Assembly (NCBI GenBank): GCA_963725865.1
Contig: CAVSAC010000010.1
Location: forward strand, 224,001-288,000
Source of the DNA: Candidatus Eiseniibacteriota bacterium
Lineage (GTDB): Bacteria; Eisenbacteria; RBG-16-71-46
Reading direction: 5' to 3'
DNA length: 64,000 bases
A model generated the notes under the pieces. It was not told where the DNA came from. It searched no databases and saw nothing but the letters and a program-made list of their open reading frames with translations. The translations under genes were made by a program, and so were the position numbers. Shown here piece by piece: positions 52,563 to 62,544 of the stretch. The first letter of the stretch is position 1. Each line of letters begins with the position of its first letter.

Positions 52563-54095
52563 TCAGGCGCTCAAGGCTGCTTGCACGGCCTCGCGACAGC
52601 GGTTGCGGCCACTGTCCACCTCCGCGCGAAGGTCGTGCAGACGCATCTCCACGCCGGTCTTATCGGCCGAGGGCGCCAGCGACTTCAGGTTGATTTGCAC
52701 GTTCAGCAGGGCCCCTTCGGCCGCCGCCGCGGCCAGCAGCCCGGCCACCCCCGCGTCGCTGGCGGCGTTCACATTCCCCTGGCGGGCCGCCCGTTCCGCC
52801 AGCTCGAGCACCTTCAAACAGGCCTCGGCCGTCTGCAGCGGGACGCGGGTCGCATCGAGCTCCGCGGTCGCGAGCGCCGTCTCCCGTTCGGCCTGTTCAG
52901 CCGGGCTGCCCTGGGGCATCCGGCGCGCCTTGAGGACGGCGTCGAACGCCTCGCTGTCCCGACGCGCGAGGCCGAGCAGGGCGCGCTGACCCTCCGCGGC
53001 CTCCCGCTTGATGAGGCGCATCGCCTCCTCGGCCGCGGCGTACTTCTTCTTTCCCAGGGTGAGGTTGGCCACCATGGTGGCCAGCGCGGCCCCCAGCGCT
53101 CCCGCCACCGCCGACACCGTGCCCCCTCCGGGCGTCGGGGTCGGGCCCGCCACCTGCTCGAGGAACCCGCCCAGCGTCACCGCCCCGGTCAACGGGGGCG
53201 TGCGCAGCCGCAGCTCGAGCACCTGGTCGCGCCGGAAGCCCTCGAGCTGCAGGGCGTGCTCCGCGGCGTCGAGCAGGGCGTACTCGGGAACCAGCCCGAC
53301 CACTTCGCAGCCCGCGATCGCCGCCCCGCGGCGCGCCGCCTCGTCGCGCACCAGCGCCAGCACGCGGTGGATCGGCGTGGCCTCGGTGTTCACCAGGTTC
53401 ATGCTCACCTGCGCGCGCCTCCCCCCCTCGATCGAGAAGCCGAGCGCGCGCACGTTCTTGAGCCCGCCGCTCTGCTCGCGGATTGCGTTCGCGACCGCCT
53501 TCGCCACCCGCACGTCGCCGGTGTTGAGGTTGGCGTTGAACGCCACCAGGAAGCGCCGCGCGCCGACCGCGGTCGCGCCGGCAGTGGCGTGGATGTGCGC
53601 GGGACCGAAGTCGGGCGCCCGCTTGGGGTCCTTGCCGATCAGCTCGCGCAGGCCCTCGAACTCGCCGCGCCGCACGTCGGCGAGGCTGGTGCGCGCGGGG
53701 CTCGTCGCCGCGGCCTCGTAGAGGAACACCGGGATGCCGGCCTCCTCTCCGATGCGCCGACCCACCACGCGCGCCATCTCGGCGCAGTCCTCGAGCGTCA
53801 CGTTCTCGATCGGCACGAACGGCACCACGTCGGTCGCTCCCATGCGCGGGTGCTGGCCGGTGTGCTGGTTCAGGTCGATCAGCTCCGCCGCGCGCTTCAC
53901 CACCCGCACCGCGGCCTCCATCACCGGCTCCGGCTCGCCCGCGAACGTGAGCACGCAGCGGTTGTGGTCGGGATCCATCTCGCTGTCGAGCACCATCGCA
54001 CCCGGCACGGACGCGACGGTCTCGATCAGCGCTTCCACCACCTCGGGGCGGCGGCCTTCGGAGAAGTTGGGGACGCATTCGACGAGCTTGGGCAT
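52563..54095 (-). CDS. ftcD: Glutamate formimidoyltransferase-cyclodeaminase
   Basis: LVECVPNFSEGR, HPRMGATDV, QVSMN; cyclodeaminase domain PTPGGG, NVQINL. Confidence 0.95.
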   Translation of the reverse strand: MPKLVECVPNFSEGRRPEVVEALIETVASVPGAMVLDSEMDPDHNRCVLTFAGEPEPVMEAAVRVVKRAAELIDLNQHTGQHPRMGATDVVPFVPIENVTLEDCAEMARVVGRRIGEEAGIPVFLYEAAATSPARTSLADVRRGEFEGLRELIGKDPKRAPDFGPAHIHATAGATAVGARRFLVAFNANLNTGDVRVAKAVANAIREQSGGLKNVRALGFSIEGGRRAQVSMNLVNTEATPIHRVLALVRDEAARRGAAIAGCEVVGLVPEYALLDAAEHALQLEGFRRDQVLELRLRTPPLTGAVTLGGFLEQVAGPTPTPGGGTVSAVAGALGAALATMVANLTLGKKKYAAAEEAMRLIKREAAEGQRALLGLARRDSEAFDAVLKARRMPQGSPAEQAERETALATAELDATRVPLQTAEACLKVLELAERAARQGNVNAASDAGVAGLLAAAAAEGALLNVQINLKSLAPSADKTGVEMRLHDLRAEVDSGRNRCREAVQAALSA

Positions 54096-54203
54096 GACGG
54101 ACGGGGTCTCCTTGGGATCAGGATGGCCGGTGGATCCACGCGGCGGATGGAAGTCGGCCCACGGAGCGCGGGCGCCGGTGAGGCACCACCGGCAGGGCGC
54201 CGC

Positions 54204-55499
54204 TCACGGCCACACCCGGCGCTCGATCGTCGGCAGCGCGAGGTCGGCGCCGCGCATGAACACGGTGTCGGGCCGCACCGCGGGCATCCAGTAGGTCAGC
54301 TCCTCGAGCGACTCGCACTCCCACGTCACCGCGTCGCCCCACGCGCCGGGGTTCAGATGGCCGACCTCGGCCTCGACCCGCAGCGCGCGCGCGGCGTTCC
54401 AGGTGATCGCGAGCAGCGACTCCTCGGCGGTGAACCCGCACAGCCGCGCGGCGAGCGCGGCGCACTCCAGCAGCGACTGCGCGGGCGCGGTGCCGGGATT
54501 GAAGTCGGTGGCGATCGCGACCCGCGCGCCGGTCGGGCGCAGCATCTCGGCGCGCGGCAGGCGCTGGTTCAGCGTGAGCGCCGCGGCGGGCAGCAGCACG
54601 CCCACGGTGCCGGCGGCCGCGAGCGCCTGCCAGTCCGCTTCGATCGCGCTCTCGAGGTGGTCCGCCGAGGCGGCCCCCAGCTCGGCGGCGAGCTGGGCGC
54701 CCCCGGAGCGCCCCATCTGGTCGGCGTGGAGCTTGACGATGAGGCCCAGGTCGCGGGCGCGCGTGAGCAGGCGCCGGCACTCCTCGACGGTGAACGCCAA
54801 CTCGTCGCAGAACGCGTCCACCCCGGTCGCGAGTTCCCGCCGCGCGATGTCGGGCAGCACGCGCGCACACCACTCCTCGACGTAGTTCTCGCGCCGGCCC
54901 TTCCACTCCTCGGGCAGCGCGTGCAGCAGCAGCGCGGTGCGGTGGAGCCGCGCGGGCACCCGCTGCGCGGCGCCGCGCATCAGCTCGAGCAGCCGCACCT
55001 CGCCGGTGTGCGTGAGGCCGTACCCGCTCTTCACCTCGACCGTGGTGCAGCCGTTCGCGCGCCAGCGCTCGAGGCGGTTGGCGAGCGACTTCTCGAGCGC
55101 GTCGTCGCGCTCCTGCGTGGTGGCCTTGACGGTCGAGCGGATGCCGCCGCCGGCGGCCGCGATCGCGGCGTAGGACTCGCCCGCCAGCCGCCGCTGGAAC
55201 TCGGCGGCGCGGTGACCCGCGAAGATCATGTGGGTGTGGCAGTCGATGAGGCCCGGCGTCACCAGCCGGCCGTAGGCGTTGAGCGGCCGCGCCTCGCCGT
55301 GGCGGCGGAACAGGTCGGCGGCGGTGCCGACCTCGAGCACGCGCCCGTCGCGGAACACCACCGCGCCACGCGGGAAGCGCAGCACGCGGGTGCCCTCGGG
55401 GTCGGGGGTCACGACCTCGGAGGTGTTGTGCAGGATCAGGTACGCGGTGCGCCCCGCCACCGCCTTGGCGGACGGATCGCGCATCGGACCGATGGACAT
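54204..55499 (-). CDS. hutI: Imidazolonepropionase
   Basis: PGLIDCHTH, EVKSGYGL, KLHADQ, SADHL, ATDFNPG. Confidence 0.95.
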   Translation of the reverse strand: MSIGPMRDPSAKAVAGRTAYLILHNTSEVVTPDPEGTRVLRFPRGAVVFRDGRVLEVGTAADLFRRHGEARPLNAYGRLVTPGLIDCHTHMIFAGHRAAEFQRRLAGESYAAIAAAGGGIRSTVKATTQERDDALEKSLANRLERWRANGCTTVEVKSGYGLTHTGEVRLLELMRGAAQRVPARLHRTALLLHALPEEWKGRRENYVEEWCARVLPDIARRELATGVDAFCDELAFTVEECRRLLTRARDLGLIVKLHADQMGRSGGAQLAAELGAASADHLESAIEADWQALAAAGTVGVLLPAAALTLNQRLPRAEMLRPTGARVAIATDFNPGTAPAQSLLECAALAARLCGFTAEESLLAITWNAARALRVEAEVGHLNPGAWGDAVTWECESLEELTYWMPAVRPDTVFMRGADLALPTIERRVWP

Positions 55500-55515
55500 G
55501 GCGGCCTCCTCCCCG

Positions 55516-57189
55516 CTACGACGTCACGCTGGGCAGGTGCATGCCGGTCGCGCGCGCGTGGGCGATGGCCTCCGGGTAGCCGGCGTCGGCGTGACGCATC
55601 ACGCCGGTGCCCGGATCGTTCACGAGCACCCGCGCCAGCTTCTCGTCGGTCTCGCGGGTACCGTCGCAGACGATCACCAGTCCCGCGTGGATGGAATTGC
55701 CGATGCCCACGCCGCCGCCGTGGTGCACGCTCACCCACGAGGCGCCCGAGGCGGTGTTCAGCAACGCGTTGAGAATCGGCCAGTCGGCCACCGCGTCGCT
55801 GCCGTCGCGCATCGCCTCGGTCTCGCGGTACGGCGACGCCACCGAGCCGGTGTCGAGGTGGTCGCGCCCGATCACGATCGGGGCCTTCAGCACGCCGTCG
55901 CGCACCATGCGGTTGAAGCGCAGGCCCAGCCGGTGGCGTTCGCCATAGCCGAGCCAGCAGATCCGCGCCGGCAGTCCCTGGAAGGCGACGTGCTTCTGGG
56001 CGAGCGGGATCCAACGGTGGAGCCTCGCGTCGTCCGGGAACTCGTCGAGCGCGGCGGCGTCGGTGGCCGCGATGTCGGCCGGATCGCCCGAGAGCGCCGC
56101 CCAGCGGAACGGCCCCTTGCCGACGCAGAACAGCGGGCGGATGTACTCGGGCACGAATCCGGGGTACGAGAACGCCAGCTCGTGCGCGAGGCCGCCCTTC
56201 TCGGCCTCGCCGCGCAGGTTGTTGCCGTAGTCGAACAGCACCGTTCCCTGCGCCTTCATGCCGAGCAGCGCCTTCACCTGCTCGGCCATCGAACCGCGCG
56301 CGCGGCGCACGTAGGCCTCGGGGTCCGCGGCCCGCAGCGCGGCGGCCTGAGCGAGCGTCAGCCCGGCGGGCACGTAGCCATGGAGCGGATCGTGCGCCGA
56401 GGTCTGATCGGTGGCCACGTCCGGCGTGATCCCGCGCCGCAGCAGCTCGGGATGCACCTCGGCGGCATTGCCCACCAGCGCGACCGAGAGCGGACGCTTC
56501 GCGGCCTGCGCCTCGCGCGCCCACGCGAGCGCGTCGTCGAGCGAACTCGTGAGGCGGTCGCAGTAGCGCGTGTCGAGGCGGCGCTGGGCCCGCGCGGGGT
56601 CGACCTCGACGGCCAGGCACACGCCGCCGTTCATGGTGATGGCGAGCGGCTGCGCGCCACCCATCCCGCCGAGACCCGCGGTCAGCACCAGCCGGCCCGC
56701 GAGCGTGCCGCCGAAGCGGCGCAGCGCGCACTCGGCGAAGGTCTCGAACGTGCCCTGGACGATGCCCTGCGAGCCGATGTAGATCCACGAGCCCGCGGTC
56801 ATCTGCCCGTACATGATGAGACCCTTGCCCTCGAGCTCCCAGAAGTGCTCCCACGTCGCCCACTTCGGCACCAGAAGCGAGTTCGCGATCAGCACCCGCG
56901 GGGCGCCCGGGTGGGTGCGGAACACCCCCACCGGCTTGCCCGACTGGATCAGCAGGGTCTCGTCGTCGCCGAGCTCGCGGAGCGTGGCGACGATGCGGTC
57001 GAACGCCTCCCACGAGCGCGCGGCGCGGCCGGTGCCGCCGTAGACGACCAGGTCGTCGGGGCGCTCGGCCACATCGGGATCGAGGTTGTTCATCAGCATC
57101 CGCAGCGCGGCCTCCTGCGCCCAGCCCTTGCAGGTGCGCGCGGTGCCGCGCGGAGCGCGCACGATGCGCGCGGAAGCGGTCGGATTCAT
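55516..57189 (-). CDS. hutU: Urocanate hydratase
   Basis: [43 protein letters not shown]. Confidence 0.98.
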   Translation of the reverse strand: MNPTASARIVRAPRGTARTCKGWAQEAALRMLMNNLDPDVAERPDDLVVYGGTGRAARSWEAFDRIVATLRELGDDETLLIQSGKPVGVFRTHPGAPRVLIANSLLVPKWATWEHFWELEGKGLIMYGQMTAGSWIYIGSQGIVQGTFETFAECALRRFGGTLAGRLVLTAGLGGMGGAQPLAITMNGGVCLAVEVDPARAQRRLDTRYCDRLTSSLDDALAWAREAQAAKRPLSVALVGNAAEVHPELLRRGITPDVATDQTSAHDPLHGYVPAGLTLAQAAALRAADPEAYVRRARGSMAEQVKALLGMKAQGTVLFDYGNNLRGEAEKGGLAHELAFSYPGFVPEYIRPLFCVGKGPFRWAALSGDPADIAATDAAALDEFPDDARLHRWIPLAQKHVAFQGLPARICWLGYGERHRLGLRFNRMVRDGVLKAPIVIGRDHLDTGSVASPYRETEAMRDGSDAVADWPILNALLNTASGASWVSVHHGGGVGIGNSIHAGLVIVCDGTRETDEKLARVLVNDPGTGVMRHADAGYPEAIAHARATGMHLPSVTS

Positions 57190-58703
57190 GCGGACAACAC
57201 CTCCTCGGCGAGCCGCACGGGGGCGCGCGAGAGCACCCAGCGGGCGACGGTCTCGGCCGGCCCGGAGAGCGGGCGATCGCCCTCGGGCGCCGGCGCGATG
57301 CGGCGGATGGCGCCGTACAGGCGCTCGCAGCCGTGCCCGGCGGCGAGCGGGCGGCGGAACTCGAGCGCGCGGCACGCGCACAAGAGCTCGAGTGCCACGA
57401 CGTGCGCCGCGTTGCGCACCACCTCGCGCGCGTGGCGGGCGGCGATCGGCGCCATGCTGACGTGGTCCTCGAGGCCGGCGCCGGTCGGGATCGAGTCCAC
57501 GCTCGCCGGATGGGCGAGCACCTTGTTCTCCGACACCAGCGCGGCCGCGGTGTACTGCGCGAGCATGTAGCCCGACTCCAGCCCCGGGTCGCCGGCGAGC
57601 ATGGGCGGCAGCTCGGAGACGCGGCGGTCGAGCAGCCGGTCGATGCGCCGCTCGGAGATCGACGCGATCTCGGCGACCGCGATCTTCAGGTAGTCGGCGG
57701 CGAGCGCGACCGGCTGCGCGTGGAACAGTCCGGCCGAGACCACTTCGCCGCTGGCCGGGAACACCAGCGGATTGTCGTTGACGCTCCCGAACTCCACCTC
57801 GAGCTGGCCGCGCACGTGCGCGAGCGCGTCCCAGGACGCGCCCATCACCGGCGCCACGCAGCGCAGGCTGTAGGCGTCCTGCACGCGCTCGCAGTCGGCG
57901 TGCGACGCCACCAGCGCCGAGTCCTCGCTGTAGGCGCGCAACCGGCGCGCCGCCTCGCGCGCGCCCGGGTACGGGCGCAGCGCCTGCACGTCCTCGCGCG
58001 CCGGCGCGAACGAGCCCAGCAGCACCTCGGTCGACAGCGCGGCCGCGGCCATCGCGGCCTCCCACACGTGGAGCGCGTCGACGCACGCCAGTGCCGCGAA
58101 GGCGGTCGAGAACTGCGTGCCGTTGATGAGCGCCAGTCCTTCCTTGGCGTCCAGCGCCAGGGGCTGCAGTCCGGCGCCGCGCAGCGCGAGCGCCGCGGGC
58201 ATCCGCTGCGGCCCGAGCCACGCCTCGCCCTCGCCCATCAGCACGCTCGCGAGATGGGCCAGCGGGGCGAGGTCTCCCGAGGCGCCGACCGAGCCCTGGA
58301 TCGGAACCATCGGAGTGACGTCCCGTTCGAGCAGCGCAAGCAGTGCCTCGACCACCGCCGGGCGCACTCCCGAGTGGCCGTGCGCGAGCGAGGCCGCGCG
58401 CAGCAGCAGCATCGCGCGCACGACCTCGCGCGGGGCCGGCTCGCCGACACCGGCCGCGTGCGAGCGCAGCAGGTGGACCTGCAGTGCCGCGACCTGCTCG
58501 GGCGCGATGCGGCGGTCCTTGAGGTCGCCGAAGCCGGTGGTGACGCCATACACCACGCGGTCCTCGCGCAGCGCCTGCTCGACCACCGCGCGCCCGCGCG
58601 CGATCGCGGCGCGGCTCGCCGCGCCGAGCGCGACACCTTCGCCCTCGCGCGCCACGCGCGCCACGTCCTCGAGCGTCAGCGGCCGCGACCCGAGCTCGAT
58701 CAT
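57186..58703 (-). CDS. hutH: Histidine ammonia-lyase
   Basis: [18 protein letters not shown] motif [20 protein letters not shown]. Confidence 0.96.
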   Translation of the reverse strand: MIELGSRPLTLEDVARVAREGEGVALGAASRAAIARGRAVVEQALREDRVVYGVTTGFGDLKDRRIAPEQVAALQVHLLRSHAAGVGEPAPREVVRAMLLLRAASLAHGHSGVRPAVVEALLALLERDVTPMVPIQGSVGASGDLAPLAHLASVLMGEGEAWLGPQRMPAALALRGAGLQPLALDAKEGLALINGTQFSTAFAALACVDALHVWEAAMAAAALSTEVLLGSFAPAREDVQALRPYPGAREAARRLRAYSEDSALVASHADCERVQDAYSLRCVAPVMGASWDALAHVRGQLEVEFGSVNDNPLVFPASGEVVSAGLFHAQPVALAADYLKIAVAEIASISERRIDRLLDRRVSELPPMLAGDPGLESGYMLAQYTAAALVSENKVLAHPASVDSIPTGAGLEDHVSMAPIAARHAREVVRNAAHVVALELLCACRALEFRRPLAAGHGCERLYGAIRRIAPAPEGDRPLSGPAETVARWVLSRAPVRLAEEVLSA

Positions 58704-60787
58704 GCGTCGTCCTCCCCTGCGTGGAACTCGCCCGCCAGGAAGCGCGCGGCCTCCGCGGCCAGCGCGCGCGCGTCACCCATCCGCACGGGCGCCGACGGGA
58801 GCGCCGCCAGGAACGGACGCCGGTACGAAGCGCTCGTCAGACGTGGATCGCACACCACCAGCACCCCCCGATCGTCGGCGCGCCGGATGAGCCGCCCGAC
58901 GCCCTGCCGGAAGCGCAGCACCGCCTCGGGCACCGCGTCGTGCCGGAACGGGTCGAGTCCGCGCTCGCGCAGGCGCTCGCCGCGCGACTCCACCAGCGGG
59001 TCGTCCGGGACCGAGAACGGCAGCTTCGACACCACCACGATCTCGAGCGCCTCACCCGGGAAGTCGACACCTTCCCACAGGCTCTGCACGCCGAGCAAGA
59101 CGGCGCCGCGCCGCGCGCGGAAGCGCTCCGAGAGGATGCCCGCGGTGCCGTCCCACTCCTGGGCCATCAGCTCCACGCCGGCCGGCAGCGTCTCGAGCAG
59201 GCGCGCGCGCGCGCGCCGCAGCCGCTCGTGCGCCGTGAACAGCACCAGCATGTTGCGCGGCACCGCGCGCGCCAGCTCGGTGACCACGCCCGCCACCGCC
59301 TCCGCCTCCTCGGCGGAGGTCTCGAGCGCCAGCACCCGCATCTGGCGCCTCAGATCGAACGGCGACGGGTACACTGCGCTCTCGTAGGGCATGCCCCATT
59401 CCTCGCCGAGTCCCAGCCGGCCGGCGAGGAACGCGAAGTCGCCGTCGGCGGAGAGCGTCGCCGACGTCAGCACCACCGCCCGCGCACGGCCCAGCACCAG
59501 CCGCCGCGCGTGCTCGCCGACCGACACCGGCGCGCCGTGCAGCTCCACGCCGCGGGTACCGGCGGTCCGCCAGTACACCCACTCGCGATCGTGGGCGTCG
59601 GTCAGCTGGTCGAGATCGAGTCCGAGCGCGGCGAACGCCCCGGCCATCTGCTCCAGCTCGGCCGCCAGCTCGAGCGCGCTGGCGCTGCCGGCGCCGTTCG
59701 CCTCCAGCCCGTCGGCGAGGCGATGGAGCGTGCGCGCGAACTCGGTGCAGTGGCCGAGCACCGCCTCCAGCGGATCGAGGTCGGTGCCGAGCAGCTCGCC
59801 GACCGAGCGGTGGCGGCGCCGCGCGCCGTAGACGGCGTGGCGCTCGCCGGGCGGATCGAGGCGCGCGAACAGCGTCTCGACGTCGGCGCGCGCCTCGGGC
59901 ACCCGGGCCGCGAGCCGGTCGATCGCCTCGCGCGTGCTGGGATCGGTGAGCGGCAGCGCGAAGCGCCGCGCCCGCCCGAGCAGTCCGCCCTCGCGTCGTG
60001 CGCCGGCGGTGCCGACCGTGCGCAGCAGGTCCTCGCAGCGCGTGCGCGACACCGAGCGCTCGAGCTGCGCGAGCAGCACGCCCTCGAGGCGGTGGGCCTC
60101 GTCGACGATCAGCACGTCGAAGTCGGGCAGCAGCCCCTGCGACTCGCCCGACAGTGCGAGCAGCGCGTGGTTCACGATCACGAGTTTCGCCTCGGCCGCC
60201 TGGCGGCGGGCGCGGACCCAGAAGCACTCGCGCCCGCGCCGGCAGGTCGCGATCGTGCACGCATCGGGATCGGCCGCCACCCGCGCGCGCACCCGGCGGA
60301 ACGTCTCCGCATCCTCGGCCGGGAACCGGTCGAGGTCCCCGACCGGATCGGTGGCCGCCCAGCTCCGCAGCGCCTCGAGCACGTCCTCCTCCTCGGCCCC
60401 GCGCGCCACCTGGCCGTCGAGCTCCTTCGGGCAGAGGTAGTTCTGCTTGCCCTTCAGCCGCGCGCACGGAAGGGTGATGCCGAGCACCTCGAGCAGCGCC
60501 GGAAGGTCGCGCTCGAACAGCTGGTCCTGGAGCGACTTGGTGCAGGTGGCGACCACCACGCGCTGGTCCGATCCGTGGGCCAGCAGCACCGCCGGCAGCA
60601 GGTAGGCGAGCGACTTGCCGATGCCGGTCGGCGCCTCGGCGAGCAGCGCGCCGCCGTCCGCGAGGGTGCGCGCGATGTCCGCCGCGAGCACCCGCTGCGC
60701 CGGGCGCTCCTCGTAGCGCGGCCAGCCGGCGGCGAGGGTGCCGCCGGCCGCGAACGCCGCCTCGACCTCCTGTCGCAGCGACGACAA
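58700..60787 (-). CDS. dinG: DinG/YoaA family Fe-S helicase
   Basis: EAPTGIGKS, four Cys (NYLC, CTIATC, ECF), [29 protein letters not shown] before the TTG. Confidence 0.92.
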   Translation of the reverse strand: MSSLRQEVEAAFAAGGTLAAGWPRYEERPAQRVLAADIARTLADGGALLAEAPTGIGKSLAYLLPAVLLAHGSDQRVVVATCTKSLQDQLFERDLPALLEVLGITLPCARLKGKQNYLCPKELDGQVARGAEEEDVLEALRSWAATDPVGDLDRFPAEDAETFRRVRARVAADPDACTIATCRRGRECFWVRARRQAAEAKLVIVNHALLALSGESQGLLPDFDVLIVDEAHRLEGVLLAQLERSVSRTRCEDLLRTVGTAGARREGGLLGRARRFALPLTDPSTREAIDRLAARVPEARADVETLFARLDPPGERHAVYGARRRHRSVGELLGTDLDPLEAVLGHCTEFARTLHRLADGLEANGAGSASALELAAELEQMAGAFAALGLDLDQLTDAHDREWVYWRTAGTRGVELHGAPVSVGEHARRLVLGRARAVVLTSATLSADGDFAFLAGRLGLGEEWGMPYESAVYPSPFDLRRQMRVLALETSAEEAEAVAGVVTELARAVPRNMLVLFTAHERLRRARARLLETLPAGVELMAQEWDGTAGILSERFRARRGAVLLGVQSLWEGVDFPGEALEIVVVSKLPFSVPDDPLVESRGERLRERGLDPFRHDAVPEAVLRFRQGVGRLIRRADDRGVLVVCDPRLTSASYRRPFLAALPSAPVRMGDARALAAEAARFLAGEFHAGEDDA

Positions 60788-60810
60788 ACGGACCTCCGGA
60801 AGACGGGGCG

Positions 60811-62544
60811 TCAGAACGTGGAGATGAGCTGCAGGTGGATCTTGCCCTCGAGCGGCGGGCGCCCGGGCGCGAGACCGTAGTCTACTCCGACCAGCCCACC
60901 GGCCGCCTCGAGCCGCAGGCCGAAGCCGATGCCATCGCGCTGGCTCACGTCGAGGCGGTCCCCACCTCCCGCCACGTCGAGCCGGGTCTGCATCCACGCG
61001 TGGTCCCAGAACAGGGCCGCGCGCTGGCCGCCGGGTCCCAGGAACCAGCGCCACTCCAGGCGCGAGAGCGCGAAGCGGTCGACGCGGAACGCCTCCTCGT
61101 CGTGGCCGCGCAGGCTCGCCGCGCCGCCCAGCGGCCAGCGCTCGTACACCGGCAGCACGCGTTCGCTGCTGAAGCGCGCGGCGGCGCGGCACTCGAGCGC
61201 CAGCCCCGCGGAGCCCCGCAGCGGACGATGCCATTCGAGCCGCCCGTCCACCGTGCTGGCTCGCGCGCTGCGCGTGCCGGTCGGGCGCAGGCGCTCCGAC
61301 TTGAACACCTGCGACGCCTCGAGCCGGGCCCGCACCCCGCGGCGCGGCGCCAGCACCGCGTCGAGCGCGGTGTGGTCGAGCGCGAACACGGTGCTCTGCA
61401 GGCTGGCCTGGCGCACCAGCCCCTGCGCCTGCACGATGCTCTCGTTCTCCGCCCCCGCCTCGAGGCCCTCCTGCGACGACAGCGCGTAGCGCGCGCGGGC
61501 GCCCCAGCGCGTGCGCGTGTAGAGCGTGTCCTGCACCTGCTGCAACAGCGAGCCCTCGAGCCGCAGCGGCGCGCCGAACAGCAGCGGCTCGGCGTAGCGC
61601 GCGCCGAAGTCGGCGAGGCCGCGCCCGCGCGACTGCCACTCGAGCGCCATCGAGCGACCGCTGCCGAGCAGGTTCCCGAGCTCCAGGCGCGCGAGCCCGA
61701 CCGTGCCGGAGGCGCCCTGCACGCCGACCACGCCCTCGAAGCGGTTGTACCGCGGCTCCTCGACGCGGTAGACGAGCGTGCCGCGCCCCACGTCGCGCTC
61801 GCCCTCGAGTCCCTGGAACACGACGCTGCGGAACAGTCCGGTCTGCGCGAGCCGCTCGCGGGCTGCTTCGGCGGCGGCGCGGTCGTACGGCGCCCCCGCC
61901 AGCGGGCCGGCCACCCGGCGCGCGAACGCCGGGCGCGTCACGAGGAGCCCCTCGATGCGCACGCCGCCCACCGTCACCGCGGGCCCGCGCGCGCCGCTCA
62001 GGCGCAGGCGCACGCCGCTGGAGTCCTGCTCCCACCCGCTCACGCCCAGCACCGCGTACGGATAGCCGTGGCCCGCCACCACCCGCACCGCGCGCTCGAC
62101 CGCCTGTGCGACCGCCGGCGGTGATGCCCAGCCGCCCGGCGCCAGTCCGGACGCGACGCCGAGCGCCGCGCTGTCGGCGCGCGAAGGCGCCTCCACGATC
62201 ACCGCCGCGAGGCGCGCGCGCGCGCCCTCGCGGACCTCGACGCGCAGCCGGCGCCCGTCGCTGGTGTCCCACGCCGCCGCGGCGTGGGCATCGAGGTAGC
62301 CGAGCGCCTGCAGTCGCGCCACCAGGCCGGCGAGCGCGCCCGCGAGCACGGTGCTGTCGCCGGGCGCCCGCAGCGCCGGAGCCAGTGTCGCCTCGATCGT
62401 GGCGGCCGGCAGGCCACCGCCGTGCACCTCGACCCGCGGCGCCGCCGCGCGCGCCGCTGGCGCGGGCAGCGCCACGGCGAGCACGCCGGCGACCAGCGCC
62501 ACGGCGCGCACCAGCGGATCGCGGGATCGCTGGGCGGCGCGCAT
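60811..62544 (-). CDS. Omp85 (BamA/TamA) family outer-membrane protein
   Basis: Signal peptide, POTRA motifs (GYPYA, LAQTGLF), NLLGSGR, LGG..SLRGH, GIGFGLR, terminal Phe. Confidence 0.85.
   Translation of the reverse strand: MRAAQRSRDPLVRAVALVAGVLAVALPAPAARAAAPRVEVHGGGLPAATIEATLAPALRAPGDSTVLAGALAGLVARLQALGYLDAHAAAAWDTSDGRRLRVEVREGARARLAAVIVEAPSRADSAALGVASGLAPGGWASPPAVAQAVERAVRVVAGHGYPYAVLGVSGWEQDSSGVRLRLSGARGPAVTVGGVRIEGLLVTRPAFARRVAGPLAGAPYDRAAAEAARERLAQTGLFRSVVFQGLEGERDVGRGTLVYRVEEPRYNRFEGVVGVQGASGTVGLARLELGNLLGSGRSMALEWQSRGRGLADFGARYAEPLLFGAPLRLEGSLLQQVQDTLYTRTRWGARARYALSSQEGLEAGAENESIVQAQGLVRQASLQSTVFALDHTALDAVLAPRRGVRARLEASQVFKSERLRPTGTRSARASTVDGRLEWHRPLRGSAGLALECRAAARFSSERVLPVYERWPLGGAASLRGHDEEAFRVDRFALSRLEWRWFLGPGGQRAALFWDHAWMQTRLDVAGGGDRLDVSQRDGIGFGLRLEAAGGLVGVDYGLAPGRPPLEGKIHLQLISTF

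Noticed and set aside
52479..55772. Very long plus-strand ORFs (also 14908-17586, 27746-30571, 45152-47227 and others)
   Set aside because: They are antisense shadows of clear minus-strand genes in high-GC DNA, Arg/Ala/Pro-rich and without recognisable motifs.
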